Shown: piece after piece, positions 13,586 to 25,735 of the stretch
Numbering within the stretch: the stretch's first letter is position 1
Layout of the letters: every line of letters starts with the position of its first letter
Assembly: GCA_907165135.1 (NCBI GenBank)
Contig: OU015567.1
Location: 13,578,001 to 13,642,000, forward strand
Reading direction: 5' to 3'
Length of the DNA stretch: 64,000 nucleotides
From: Oikopleura dioica
Lineage: Eukaryota; Animalia; Chordata
Notes under the pieces: model-generated
Databases searched by the model: none
What the model was told of the DNA's origin: nothing
The model's input: the letters and a program-made list of their open reading frames with translations, nothing else
Made by a program: the position numbers and the translations under genes

Positions 13586-13795
13586 ATGATCTTCAACATC
13601 TCCGCAATTATCACTCTTTTTCTAGCTGTTTTTGAAGTATCCGCATCCGCCTCCTTGGACTCTGTTCTTCGAGCCTGCATGAATGGTGTGCCGAATGTCC
13701 TCGCTCTTGAAGGCTTTCTGCCATCTGCAGAAGAGAGGTGCAATATTTTGCTCAAATTGATGATGGATAAGAACGCGTTGAACATTGGCAAGTAA
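13586..13795 (+). CDS. Small secreted peptide precursor (69 aa)
   Basis: Signal-peptide-like MIFNISAIITLFLAVFEVSASA, two Cys, ends in GK-stop; TATAAA 13538-43 upstream and AATAAA 13830-35 downstream. Confidence 0.6.
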   Translation: MIFNISAIITLFLAVFEVSASASLDSVLRACMNGVPNVLALEGFLPSAEERCNILLKLMMDKNALNIGK

Positions 13796-14162
13796 AGAAG
13801 AAACTTCTTTTACTGAACTCAGAACTTGAAATAAACGAGCAAAAGTAATATTGTGACTGGGGTTTGATGATTGGCTCAAGAATCAAAAGAGACGTTCCGT
13901 ATTGTTCTCTGGCAGAATGAAGCGACTGAATCACTTTCTTTTTCGTTTATTACTGAAGTTGCGCAAGTGTTAGATTACGTCTGATATTTGGTTTTGATTA
14001 TCGTCCGAAATTTGAACAAAGAGAACTTTGGCGAACGGCCATTATTTACATGCAGAGTTTTTGTTGAATTAGCTCTGCAGCAGAATTCAAGTATTTGAAA
14101 ATCGTTCCACACGAGATTCAAGCGCTACGCACAAGTTACTGCTCGTAACTTTTTTGTTATTC

Positions 14163-17100
14163 ATGAAAGAGAAAAATGCAAACTATGAAAAACAGACTGA
14201 AGAGGAAATTCACCAAAAACGACTCGAGGTAGAATAAAAATTGAAAAATCAATAGTACAGGAAGATTTCTAGTGCTCATAATTATGCTTTTTTTGTTACA
14301 TTATCAAAGTCAGTTTTAAAAATGGCCGTAAATTTTTTATAGAAAAACGAACCAACCGTTCTTCTAGGAGTTGGGGATTCAAGAAGAAGGGCCTTATGGA
14401 TGCTTCGGATGGGTTCCAAAATGTTTACAGTGCGTCAATAAGCTGGCAGCTCTCTCATTCTTTCTCTCGCTCATGTGCGTTTTCCAGGCAAGAATCATAG
14501 CACGCGCAAAAGCGAATTCAGAATTGTTCCTAGGGTGCGACAGTAAATGGCTTCGTAAATATCAGTATTTCGACGCTAGAAAAGCGGTTCGGCTTCGAAT
14601 CATGGATGACTGGTCTTATGGCTGTTTCCTACGACATTGGCTTTGTACTGATTAGCTTCTATGTCACTCATGTGCTTGTAAAGACACATATTCCAAGAGT
14701 TATTGCAATTGGATTCTTAACGCTCGGTCTTGGTTCTGTGCTATTTGCTCTGCCACATTTTCTGACAGGAGATTACGCGTACAGTTCTGGTGATATTCAG
14801 GATATTTGCGACGATCCGGAGGAATGTGTTGAGTCTGATTCCAAGAAAGAGTTTTTAAAAGCCTAAAGCAATTATTTATCAATGGCTTTTACAACTTTGA
14901 AAAGCTAGTTGGCTACATTGCAATGTTCATTTTTGCCCAGATTTTGCATGGATGGGGATCAACTCCGCTCTATACCATCGGCTTCAGCTTTGTTGAGGAC
15001 TCCACAACGGCGGAAAATGCCGGTCTCCACTTTGCTTTCATTTTAGGCAATGTTTTTGAAACATTCAGGCAACTCTTTTCCCATAAGAGAGGCTTTTTGC
15101 AATACCTAAATTTATTCTGACCCGATCTTCTCAGGGAAGATATAGCAATTTTTACGCAGCTATTTCTATAATAATACTATTATTTCTTAACTTTTCGAAG
15201 CTATATTAGCCGGTTTTTTGGAGAGAAAAGGGCCTTATATAAACATATTTTGAAGTATACTCGATACAGTATCCAAGGGACTAAAGATCCGGTATTATAT
15301 AAAAACTACACTTTTAAAACATAAATCAAAGCTGGCTCTTGCCTCGGTCCCGCCATCGGCTATGTATTTGGTGCTGTTCAACTCACTGTTTGGGTTGACC
15401 CGCATGTGGAACCAGAGATTGACATGGATAACCCACAATGGGTCGGGGCCTGGTGGATCGGCATGCTTGCCTGTGGCATCGGCGCGATTCTGTGCTCTCT
15501 TCCAATGTTTGGTTTCCCGAAGCAGTTTCCTGGAGTCGCGGAAATCAAGGCGCAGAAAAAGTCGGAATCGATTGAGTCGGAAGATCTTGGCGAAGACTCG
15601 AGTCTTATGCAGGGCTTCAAGAGTCTTTTGGTAAGAAAATATTTATAATATAGAAAATAAGGAGCTCCTTGTGATGCAAGGTTTCGACAAATTTCTTAAG
15701 AATAAATTCATATAGTCCGAAAATAGATATTTTTCTCAGATAGTGACTTTTACTTAGTGGAATCCTGTCTTTCTCTGGGCAACGATAGGTAGCGCACTGG
15801 ATGGTTACTTGTCATCAACACTAATGACATTTGGGCCTAAAATGTACGAAATTTGGTTCCGTCGAACAGCTGGACAAGCAGCTTTAGAAGCAGGAATCGC
15901 TTGTGTTCCTGGGGCAATGATAGGGTCACTTCTTGGTGGGATCATCGTCAAGGTCTTCAAATTGAATGGACGACAAATGATGTACATCTCCAGCCTCTGC
16001 GCAGTAGCCGTCTTCGGATTTTACTCTGCAGGAACGAGCTAGAAATCAAACGAGATAACTTATTTCAAAATCGATATTTTAAAATCATTTTCAAAATAAT
16101 TCAATAAATAGCTCGATGTAGCGATGCAATTTAGATGCGATGAAACAAACATTACTGGGGTTTTCTCTCCTTACCCTGGCATGGAGGAAACTACTCTTGA
16201 CATAAACGAGATTCCTTGTCTGTCTGACTGCAGCTGCGATACAGAGTACTACGACCCTGTTTGTCTTGACGGCAAGACCTATTTTTCACCATGTTACGCT
16301 GGTTGCACTCAAAGGTCTCGTGGTTTCACATTTCGTATAGGAAATAGACAATTAGAGGGATTTTCTTATACCGTTCTCATCGCATATTGTTTTGGATCAA
16401 ATCTACTGAGCCAGAGAGACGTCTGGAAATAGATAGAGAAATATTACCCAAAATTATCGAAATACTGTTTTTATGGCTGAAAGACCGATTATATCAAAAG
16501 TACTAGAGAAACACTCAGTAATTATTCGTCTTAATACTTCTTGAATTTTCCCTTGAAAACAACTAACCATGAGGACATCGTTTGGAAACTCTATTTTCAA
16601 TGTCTCCAAGACTCTGAGAACAGGCCAAAACATAACAATACGGCTTGATAATGTTTGATGATATAAAACACTATAAGATGTTTTTAATGGTAGTTGATGA
16701 GAACAAAAACATTGTATCCCTCTAAAATATAGAGTCTATATGATAGTTCTGAAACCAGCATAAGTACTCCTAATGAGAATTTTACAAGTTGTGCTTGCTC
16801 TGAATCCGGCGATCTTGATCTGGTAGCCATCAAAGGAACTTGCTCCGCTTCAGAGGATGAGCAAGAAATCTGCAATGATCAGTCTCGTACTTTCTTGATC
16901 CTGACGTTTTTCACCGTCATGTTCGAATTTATGCCACCGACACTCGGTGAAACCTAATTTATCGACTGAAATTCAATAAGATTTTAGTTCCAATTGGAAC
17001 CCTTCGCGCTGTTGACCCGAATTTGAAGGGACTATCAATGGGCTTACAGTGGGTGATCTTGAGAATATTCGGAACGATCCCCGGCCCGATCGTTCTTGGA

Positions 17101-17490
17101 AAGCTGATGGATATGGCATGCCTTGTCTGGCAAGAAGATAATTGCCAGGAGGTTGGATCTTGTTGGATTTATGACAACGAACTCTTGTGGAATGCCATGT
17201 TTATATTACGTAAGAAAGCTAGTTTGTTCTGAGATTACAAATATTTTCAGCGATTGCGATGAAGGGCCTAAATATATTCTGTTTCTTCCTAGCTGGATAC
17301 TATTTCAAGGGCAGTAGTAATGATTTAGCAATAATAGTTGAAAATAAGTGTTTATCTGCAATCAAAATTCACTGACCTTTATAAGCCAAAAGTAAACGAA
17401 AACGAGAAGGGCTTCGACTCCATCAAAGGTTCCAGCGAAGGAACGGGGAGGGAGCAAATAGAAGAAAATGTTGAATTGCTCCCTACCTGA
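14163..17490 (+). CDS. SLCO: Organic anion transporting polypeptide (SLCO/OATP family), multi-exon
   Basis: Motifs GCFGWVPKCLQ, ISTLEKRFGFESWMTG, WVGAWWIG, Kazal-like CLSDCSCDTEYYDPVC..YFSPCYAGC, GTIPGPIVLGKLMDMACLVW..C...GSCWIYDN; stop TGA 17488-90. Confidence 0.92.
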
Positions 17491-17739
17491 GAAGCAGAAA
17501 CCACCGATTTCTAACAATTCGACGAAAGAAGCAGCCAACAAAGCGGGATGACCACACTTTGCAGAGTTCGTAGACTTGAAAATTTTCCTTTACATATTTC
17601 TTCTTTCGAAAATACTCGTACAATCCTCATTTCGACTCACTTGACTCGTTGATAATATTTCTGTATTGATTTACATCTAATTTATTTGAATAAATATTCT
17701 GACAAAAAACGGAGTTCGCAGATAATGACTTGCAGTTAA

Positions 17740-18419
17740 GGGTACGGGTGTCGGCTCTCCAAATCCCTTAATAATAAAATACGGATAATAACAGAGCATT
17801 TAATTGAATTCTTCGCAAAATTTAAGCCTAAGTCTTAATTTATTGTTAGCCGCTATCTCTGTTATTTTACGAGATATGATCACGTGAAAAGTTGTCGAAA
17901 AAAATTTTTTGGCTCAGATTTTTTTCATCTAGGGCTCTTTAGATAGCTTAGACGATGAGGATCATCATGATAACCTCAGTTTTTCTTGAATCAGTCTACA
18001 ACAATTTCTAGAGCCGAAAATGTGTCGCCCGGTTTCAAAAAATGCCAATTTTCGGTAAAATGCCAAGGATACTTTTTTTCAAAAAATTAGATTCCATACA
18101 AATTGCAATTCAATCTCAGAAAGCTCTTGACAAAATTAAGATAAGGGTCTGAATTTTTATATAAAAATATAGAAAAGGTAAGTTACCAAGCTCAGTTTTT
18201 CGGAATAGCAGCATCTTTTAGGCTCATTTTGACCATTTTAGGTCGAGATCACGACTTCGAGCCAGTTTTTAATACAAAAAATCTTTCTCAATCCAAATTT
18301 CTTCTTGACAAAATGTAGATCTAAAATGAATCTTTGCTCCTGTGTGGGCGAATTATTTCCAACATTTATATATCCCGAGGAATAGAGCCCTAGTTAGAGC
18401 CTCGCCGACACCCGTACCC
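17740..18419. mobile_element. Non-autonomous TTAA-targeting DNA element (680 bp), Kolobok-like MITE
   Basis: 16-bp perfect TIRs GGGTACGGGTGTCGGC / GCCGACACCCGTACCC; TTAA at 17736-39 and 18420-23; termini are GG rather than the piggyBac CC; no ORF. Confidence 0.8.
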
Positions 18420-19025
18420 TTAAACTTTTGAAGGTAAATGTCAAAAATTATTCATCAATTTATATTTTTGAGTTCCCGGGATTCCAGAGTATGCCCAAGT
18501 TGGGCGAGAGTCCTTTTGGGCGGGAGTCCACTTGGGCGAGAGTCCTCCACTCAAATAATGGGCATGGAATTGCCTTGTTGACTTCGTTGCAAAAACCCGC
18601 TGTTGGGGAAAAGGCCCGTTGAAGAAAATGACGATATTTGATGTTCAGGAATTTGCTCATTCTAGCTTCCAAGTTTGTAACAAAGAGGATATGTTATATC
18701 GTAAAAATCCCATCAAAAATCGACCTCCAAGTGAGTGATAGAAAATATCTGGCACGCCGTCGTAAATTTTTGTGCTCAACAATCACTTTTGTCATTTTAC
18801 GGTGTAAGGACTAGAGAATTTTATCGAAGTTCAAATTTTACTTTCTTCGGAATATCATTCTTGAACAAAAAATAGCGAGAGAGACTGATTGAAAGAGACA
18901 ATTTGATTCAATATTGACGCTTTTGTACTCGGAAATAGAGATCATTCGTTTTATGACATAAAAAGATTACAAAAACTCATTCTTAAAATTTTAAGGTGAC
19001 ACCGAAATCGAGTAAAGACGGCTAA

Positions 19026-22000
19026 ATGAAGCTTTTTGCATCGCTTTCAAGCTATGGTAAGTTTTCATAAATATAGTTGAAGCTTTAAATTGGTATTTTT
19101 CTCTAGCGATTGCTGCCAGTACCGATTTTTGGGTGAATAGCTACGATCAGGGTTCTAAACGGACATGTCCGTGTACGGATTTTATCCGTGTCTGTCCGGT
19201 CTTGTCCGTACGGACAGACTAGACTTTTAGTCTATTGGTTGAGGAAAAAACGGACAGCCTAGACCGGACTTTTGTCACGATCCGGACAAAATCCGTATTT
19301 GTCCGTATTTGTCCGTGAAATCCGGACAACCCCAGACTTTTGTCCGTGTCTGTAAAATCCGGGCAGAATCCGGAAAAATCCGTAAAAAACACGATTTGAG
19401 TTGGAATTCGTTTCAAAAAAGCCTGAACCAACGTCATTGTTTTATAAAATAAGCCAGGTTTTATATCAAATCAAGGTTTAATCAAGTTTCATATAAAAAT
19501 TTTTGACTTTTTGCCGGAAAATATCGATGATAACTTTTAATTGATATGTCTTTTTGATGGTGCGAAGACGGAACTTTGAGGACCGAGTTTCAAGGAAAAT
19601 TGGTTAAATTAAGAATTAGGTCCTTCATTATTCCGCTAATTCATTGCGAGTTCTAATTTGGGACTTTCAGCTCAGCATTTTCGGAAAAAGCCAGCTCAAC
19701 GTGTTGAGGGGTCAGCGGTCCGGCTAGCCCGCTCAGTCATTCAGCTCGATCATTTTGAGAGAACTCAGCTCAGACTAATGATTTTCTTCATAAAGCGAGC
19801 TAAGGTCAGCTTGGATAATACCAGCTGACATTAACTTCTCAATACACGGGCGCGCGACTAAGCGCTCAAAACACGGGGTCCAATTATTGGACCACAATGC
19901 ATTATCCAGCCCCGCGCGGCGCGCCAAATTCAGAGTGTGAAAAACAGCGCTCAGGACTTTTGGCTCTAATTGACGTTTCCGTCGGGTAAAAAAGCTCGTA
20001 AATGTATTGCTAGAAAGCTTGAACCCTCTTCTATAAAAATAAACAATTGTAAATCGAAAAATCCGTTCCGATTTTTCACCAGAGAGCGAAAGAGAAATCT
20101 GGCGCAAAACGCCACCACTTTTGAGTTTTCATTCGAAACTTCACAGAGTGGTTCGTTTTTGTCCTGTCAGCTCACATTTCAAAATTCAGGTCAAACAGAT
20201 AACTACAACGGGAAAATCAGGGGGTCAAAGTCGCCGTGGTCCAATGATTGGACCACGTGCATTGAGAAGTTAAGATAACGCAAGCTCAGCTAAGTTTCGC
20301 AAATTTTCATACAGCTTTGCTCAGCTTTGAGAAATTTTCTTTAAGGTCAGCTTCAAAAAGGTCCTAGCTAAAAGTCGCTGTATTGTCTGCCGAATTTATT
20401 TCTCAAAGATTTTTTTTGGTGTTGTCGGGTTTATTTCGATAAAAATTTGTTTTTTTACCCATGGAATTTTACGGACATTTACGGACAAGACTTTTTAGAC
20501 CAGACTTTTTCTTTTAAAAAAAATGTTTCCGGATTCTACGGACAAAAACGGACAAAACGGACATGTCCGGGACTAGACCGGACAAAAATCCGTTTTTTCG
20601 ATCCGGACACGGATAGACTAGACTTGGGATTTTGGCGGAGGACACGGACACGGACAGACTAGACTTTTAGATTTTGCCTCAAATTTAGAACCCTGGCTAC
20701 GATAACTCGGCTAGAATTCCATGTGCCGACTTGACCTCCTTGAAGAACGTCCTCCAAATCAGTTGGTTTAGATCTGATCTCACGGGCTCGTCGAAAACAG
20801 AAATCGCTGAACTTGCGAATGAAAATGGAATAATCAAAAACGCCGAAAAAGTACCAGGATACACAGTCGATGATACGGGTGCTTTAGTCATCTCAAAATC
20901 GGGCGACGATGATTTCTCCTTGAACGACATTGCTTTTTACGAATGCCAAGCAGATGTAAAAGATGAGAACGGAAAGATTACTCCTGCTGATATCAAAAGA
21001 AAACTTCTCGTTAATTTTATAATGGACAAAAACGATCTTGAGCCTGTTGTCAGAGGTAGAATCATAAAAATTTAATCATTTATAATCAGCTGATCATATA
21101 AAAGTCTCATAAAAACACCGCTCTAGATAAACGACTCGGCGAAGAAGACAAAAAAGAATACAAAGAAGGCATCAGATATGAAATCGCTGAGTGCGAATCG
21201 AAAGAAGCCGGCCCCGAAGCGCCAGTATTGATCTGGAGAGCGCTCGATTCTAGCGGCGATGAAATTTCCAACAGCAACGAATTCGGCTCTTGCAAGAGCA
21301 AACTTAAAACTCTCGATGACAGCAACTTTTGTGGAAAAACAAATGGTTCGGGCAGTTTTCTTTACGAGATTGTTTTACGATTTAGATTTCATCCACATGG
21401 ATAAACAAGATCAGCGAAAACTTCAAACGACGACGCTTTCTCTCGCATTTGACTCAACTCAAATTGAAGGCATTTCTTCCAGCTTTGACAAGGCGCATTT
21501 TCTGTGCGAAGCGCACTACAAAGAAGCCTGGAACGGCGAACTTGTCGATGTCATTAAAGCAAAACGATGGCCCGCAGATGACAATACCATCCGAGTCATC
21601 AGTATTTGAATGCCTCGTAAGCTCATTTTCATGGAATTTAAGGCCCCGTGCGTAATGTTGATATTCTCGTCAATGGTGCTCCAGTTAGCGCTGGAGTTCT
21701 TGACATGACGAATGGAAACCCATCTTTGGAGTGCAGCTCCGACGGATTTGACAACAAAGGCGCAAACGAAATCAACCCACGAGGAACCAGATCGAGAACA
21801 GGAGACAATATGAAATTCTCGTGTAAAGCAAGAAACTCACTGAACGAAGGCAAATGGGTCGAAAAGGAGTTTACCTTTACTGAAGCAAGTTTGTACATAA
21901 ATTTAAGAGCCCCGAGAATATGTTTTTAGCGCTACAAACACCGACCGCCGAATATTCTCATTTTGGTCTCGTGGCAAAAGTGTCAGCCGAAAGCACACCA

Positions 22001-23017
22001 AAAGATCCGGAAGTAGCAAATCTAAAATATGCAGTCTTCCAGTGCAAAGAAGGATTTATAGCGAAAGATGGTCGGGCTGTTTTCAAAATCCTCTCCGAAA
22101 AATGTATAGAGGCAAAGGCACTAACCGATGGGACAAAGCATCTTATCGAAAGAGAAATCATGCGAGAATATCCAATTGGCTTTGGTGTTGCGATGCTGGA
22201 AGTGATGGACGTAAATGGAAATACCGAAACTCTTTATAACTACGTCCCGATGAAATCTGCCAGAACCAACTACGCGAATAAAGAAGAAGAGCCTTTCCCA
22301 ATGCAGGCATGGTTTGATAGAATGACAGTTTCAGTGTCTCGAAGACTTCGATCGATTTCAAGAGATAGTATTGTCGCGATTTATTACAACGAAGATGAAC
22401 AGTCTATCGTTGATTTGTCGGGCGATGCAGTCATTGATGAGGAAAATAAAGATCAGTTTCATGTTGTCATGGAACCTACCCCAACAGAAAGTGGAAAATA
22501 CATCGTATGTTTTGACAGAAATCCTCGTGAAATTAAATTTCTTATAGCTCTGCTACGACTTCTCTAGAAAGATCGACCTCCAAGAACTCCAAGGACAGAC
22601 TTATGATTCGATCCGTGAAAGCTTACAAAGAGATCACGCTGATTTCTGCCGATTTTTCGTCAACAAAAGCTTCCCTTGGTGGATCATCCTTGTTGTCATC
22701 ATTGTTTTGATACTTATCGGTGCTCTGATTTTCTTCATTTTGAAGCGCAAAAAGGATGACAAAGAAGAAAATGGTACTTATATCAGACGAAAAATCGTAG
22801 AAACATTTCGTTTAGATTCGGGCGATATTGTCAGAGACCCTAAAACTGGCGGAAGCGTGTCAGGAGTCCAAACACAAGAAAGCGATGCTAGAGATGAGTT
22901 TGCAAAAGTTGTCGAGAATCAACCCGACGAAACTACAGTTTGTTGTGCGTATCACGTTCCCAGCTAATTTTAATTTAGCCACTGAGAAAAGAAGGCGAAG
23001 AGTCAACTGCAGTCTAA
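19026..23017 (+). CDS. Type I membrane Ig-superfamily protein (signal, about 3 Ig domains, extra ~200 aa domain, TM, cytoplasmic tail ending STAV); exon 2 interrupted by a hAT-like element
   Basis: Exon 1 19026-19056 and exon 2 from 19107 give MKLFASLSSYAIAASTDFWVNSYD, which continues after the insertion as NSARIPC..ISWF..ALVI..DIAFYEC. Further Ig motifs AECESK..PVLIW..FLCEAHY and LECSSDG..FSCKARNSL; TM FPWWIILVVIIVLILIGALIFFIL-KRKK; stop 23015-17. Confidence 0.75.
19148..20695. mobile_element. Non-autonomous hAT-like element (1548 bp) inside a coding exon
   Basis: 12-bp TIRs CAGGGTTCTAAA / TTTAGAACCCTG; 8-bp TSD GCTACGAT at 19140-47 and 20696-703; subterminal TGTCCG/CGGACA arrays; internal GCTCAGC-rich nested segment. 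Confidence 0.92.
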
Positions 23018-23482
23018 ATAAAGCCAAATTTACCTAATTCAAATAAATTGATGTCTTCCATTTTTAATCATTTGTGAAACGCTGCATCTTTTATCTAATA
23101 AAAATTCAAACAAACCTATGAATATAAAAGTTGAATAATCAAGTCTAAGGTCATAAAAACGCAACAAAAGAGTTGTTATTGTTGATCCTCAAACCGGACA
23201 CACAGACGCTTTTTGCTCTCGGTCTTTTGTTTGAACTTCGGATCGTTAAAGTTTAAAAAAAAACTAAAATCAACTTTGGAAGAATTTTCCTTTTGCAAAA
23301 GTCAGAGAAAAGCTCATCCCTGAAATTTTTTATTAGAGTCCGCGGGGCAAGGCGGCTCAACGCAGGTTCTGGATGGTCATAATATGAAAACCCAGGCCGG
23401 CCATATCGTACATTTTTGTAAATTCTAGATCGCTAAACACCCTTTTTTTATTTATGCGTTAACAGAGAAATATTGGAAGAAG

Positions 23483-25479
23483 ATGAATCCTCTTGCTGCT
23501 ATTTTGTTGAAAAACTGGTTTTTATGTGGAATTGTGTTATTTATTCTTTTGGCCTGGGCTGACCCTGATATTGGCAAAAAGGAAAATTCAAAAATAATTC
23601 ATCAAATATCAATAACCGTGAAAAGGGTTAAGAACAGATTTTGAATTTTGCAAGGGTGGTCCTTTGCATCCTGAAGTCACGGTTAAATATTTCGCCGTTG
23701 GTTTTATTTTCTTCAATTCGGGACTGTCTCTGAAATCAGAAGAACTGAAACGAGCAGTTATGCAAGTCAAACTGCATACTTTTGTACAGGTATAATCTTG
23801 ACAAGATCGATGAAGTTTTACTCAATTTTTAGTCATTTACGCTTTTGTTTGTTCCGATCTTCATGTACTTCTTCAAAGGATTTCTCTCGAAAGTTACCTC
23901 GTTGGACCCTTGGCTCTTATCAGGACTGACTGTGGTTTCATGTATGCCACCTCCGGTTTCTTCCGCAGTTATTCTCACAAAAGCAGTTGGTGGTAACGAG
24001 GCTGCTGCTATTTTTAATTCTGCCTTCGGCTCCTTCTTGGTAAGAAATGATATTTTCTGTTTCGAATATTTTGAGCGTAGAAAATGAAAAATCTTTTTTT
24101 ATTGCAGGAATAATCACTTATATGTACAGGAAATTTCTTGCAGATGTGACAAAGAGATCCTCTTTGATATTTACATGGAGAATAATATTAGATGGCAATT
24201 AGCTCGTATTCGAGATGCTCTAGTAATTGTTAGTTTTTATAATTAAACAGCCTTACCTGATGCAGAGTCTCGAGTTGACGGTCTATATTTCTCTGATGCT
24301 CTAGCGATTGCTGAGTGTAAGTGTGTTGAACTGTATTGCTCGGTTGAACGACAGAGGTCGTGCCGATTGGGTGAGGCGGAGACTGTCTTGGCTCAGCCGG
24401 AGTCAAGACTCGCCGATGAACACGGATTGGCACGTTTGCACTCATTGATCGTAGGGGTACTCGGGTTGTGAGCCGAATGCGCTTTGGCTGCCGATTCATT
24501 CTGAAATAATAATTATTAGTTACTGTTCCGCAGGAAGGTGAATGTCGAGGGTGTGAATTGAACTCGAGGAGAAGGAGCCGCAGGCTCGGCGCTGCCAACT
24601 GAGCTAGTCAAGCGTTCAGCCGGGCGTGTTGTTTCGCGGGTTATAAATCGATTTTCTATTTCACGCCGACCAATTAGCGTGCTGCCTGACGAGCTTACGG
24701 GCGCTCCTTTTTTTGCTGAGGGCTCAAATATTATTCTTCAATTGTTTGCATCTTTGGCTGCCAAAGTTTGGCACGCAAAAATTGAAAGAATGTTTTTTGC
24801 AATATTCACAACACATATTTAGGGAATTGTCGCTACTCCACTTCTTTTGTTGACTTTCATGGGCGAATCTGCAGCGATGAGTTTCACTTCAATTTTTGCC
24901 CAGCTTTCTGTCACCGTCGTCATCCCATTAATTTGTGGTCAGATCTTACGCCAATTTGTCAAAGAGTGGCTCGAAGTAAGAAAGCCACCTTTTGGGGAGA
25001 TGAGCAGTTTTATGTTGCTGATGATTATTTACACCACTTTCTGCGATACATTTCTGGTAATTTTCAAATTGTATCATTCAGAATATACATTTTATTCAGT
25101 CCCCTCATCTGAAAATCGATCCTTACTCTTTGATCACTATCGCCGTCATCATCTTCTGTCTCCAAGTCTCCTTTATTTCCCTCACCTTCTGGCTTTCTCA
25201 GCGACAATGCTTTGGCTTCACGGCCAAAGATACTGTAGCAATCATGTTCACTGCTACTCACAAGGTAAATCTTTCAAAAAATAGGATCATCATTTTTAGT
25301 CCCTCACGCTTGGAATTCCCATGTTGAAAATCATCTACAGCGGCTCCGATCATTTGAGTCTCCTTTCGATCCCTCTTCTTTGCTATCATCCGACTCAAAT
25401 TCTTCTTGGCGGCTGTTTGGTGCCTTCCGTCCAGACCTGGATGAACTCGAAGCTTCGGCAAGTTGCTCCCGACATTTAA
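23483..25479 (+). CDS. SLC10A7: Sodium/bile acid cotransporter 7
   Basis: [98 protein letters not shown]; GA-AG intron 23582-23654. Confidence 0.93.
24199..24499 (-). CDS. Possible small basic orphan gene nested antisense in an SLC10A7 intron (87 aa)
   Basis: TATTTCAG acceptor just before ATG 24499; 81-codon exon [24 protein letters not shown] ending in CAG|GTAAGG; 37-nt intron 24220-24256; short last exon. Confidence 0.4.
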
Positions 25480-25735
25480 ACTCATTTACGCTAATTTATT
25501 GTAACAGCATTTACTCGTGCTAGAAGCGTATCCTCAATTAGCCTTTCTAGTGTTTTAGCTTTATAGCATTTTAAACTTATTTATTATAAACCTTATTTCT
25601 TTGCAGAAGAGCCTTTATTACAAGACCTGAAACTCGACAAATCCACAAAAAGTACCTATGCCCTTTGTGACAACCTCCTGTGTGCAATACGAATCTATAC
25701 AAATACGATATTCTAATAAACTATTTAAAAATGAT

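Noticed and set aside
19150-19400. Short repeated motifs (CGGACA, GCGAA, TGACGCA arrays) here and at 29560-29700, 32110-32220 and 49640-49790 as CRISPR-like arrays
   Set aside because: No regular unique spacers or cas genes; they are subterminal repeats of DNA transposons in a eukaryotic context.
24545-24615. tRNA-like A box (TAGCTCAGTTGG) and B box (GTTCAATTC) on the minus strand
   Set aside because: Acceptor and T stems do not pair; at most a degenerate tRNA/SINE-like relic.
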